A stretch of DNA of 64,000 nucleotides. Origin: an uncultured Flavobacterium sp. (GTDB lineage Bacteria; Bacteroidota; Bacteroidia; Flavobacteriales; Flavobacteriaceae). Of the stretch, positions 63,838 to 64,000 are shown one piece after another; position 1 is the first letter of the stretch, and every line of letters starts with the position of its first letter. The notes beneath the pieces were generated by a model. The model ran no database searches. It was not told the DNA's origin and saw only the letters and a program-made list of their open reading frames with translations. The stretch spans positions 11,406 through 75,405 of the forward strand of contig CAZRCB010000001.1 in the NCBI GenBank assembly GCA_964598455.1, given 5' to 3'. The translations under genes were made by a program, and so were the position numbers.

Positions 63838-64000
63838 TCATGTCTTTTGAGGCTTCTTTCTTGCAGCTGGAAACAAGACGTTATTTAGAATTAATCTATA
63901 TCCAGGAGAGTTCGGGTGTAAATCTAAAACGGTAGGAGCGTCACCTACTCTATGTTGGTAATCCTCAGGATCATGACCACCGAAATAGGTAAACATTCCC
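63838..64000 (-). CDS. 3' end of an unidentified gene (N-terminus beyond the right window edge)
   Basis: Hand translation of the reverse strand gives ...GMFTYFGGHDPEDYQHRVGDAPTVLDLHPNSPGYRLILNNVLFPAARKKPQKT*, with the stop at 63840-63838. I do not recognise the family. Confidence 0.4.
   Translation of the reverse strand, partial: GMFTYFGGHDPEDYQHRVGDAPTVLDLHPNSPGYRLILNNVLFPAARKKPQKT

Noticed and set aside
1-64000. tRNA, rRNA, CRISPR arrays, transposases, integrases, prophage genes and known defence-system genes.
   Set aside because: I saw no T-loop/acceptor-type strings such as GGTTCGAATCC and no regularly spaced direct repeats. No ORF has recombinase, transposase or phage hallmarks. A proper tRNAscan/Infernal/defence-finder run is still needed to exclude small elements.

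Overview
This is an AT-rich, densely packed chromosomal segment that reads as Flavobacteriia (Bacteroidota). The evidence for that is T9SS type A and type B C-terminal sorting domains, a PorP/SprF gene, GLPGLI-family genes, DUF3078/DUF4254-type genes and TAnnTTTG -7 boxes in front of several genes. I call about 52 protein-coding genes. By eye I found no rRNA, tRNA, CRISPR array, transposase or integrase.

Most of the window is housekeeping: topA (partial), two L,D-transpeptidases, holA, a seven-gene Mrp/Mnh cation/proton antiporter operon, tsaC, a CCA-adding enzyme, an LTA-synthase-family sulfatase, a five-gene MacB-type ABC/HlyD/TolC efflux operon, purM, argS, fmt, HU, sucC, folC, tonB, purH and recJ.

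Four places are less ordinary:
1. 27.6-34.5 kb is a visibly lower-GC block. A membrane-tethered TPR-AraC regulator is read divergently from two tiny exported proteins, two GLPGLI paralogues and a large outer-membrane beta-barrel, with a 39-bp perfect palindrome in the divergent promoter region. The block is wedged between two paralogous SGNH hydrolase genes. This is my best candidate for an undescribed system.
2. argS carries an in-frame, strongly AT-rich insertion of about 110 net codons.
3. 54.1-63.7 kb holds a 2232-aa modular T9SS type-B cargo protein with about 810-nt tandem coding repeats, followed by its own PorP/SprF and a PorE-like OmpA protein.
4. 4.4-7.2 kb holds a TauE exporter, a persulfide-dioxygenase-rhodanese fusion and a truncated haemoglobin.

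All product calls rest on motif and architecture recognition from the translated ORFs. No database search was run. GC statements are visual estimates and need to be computed.
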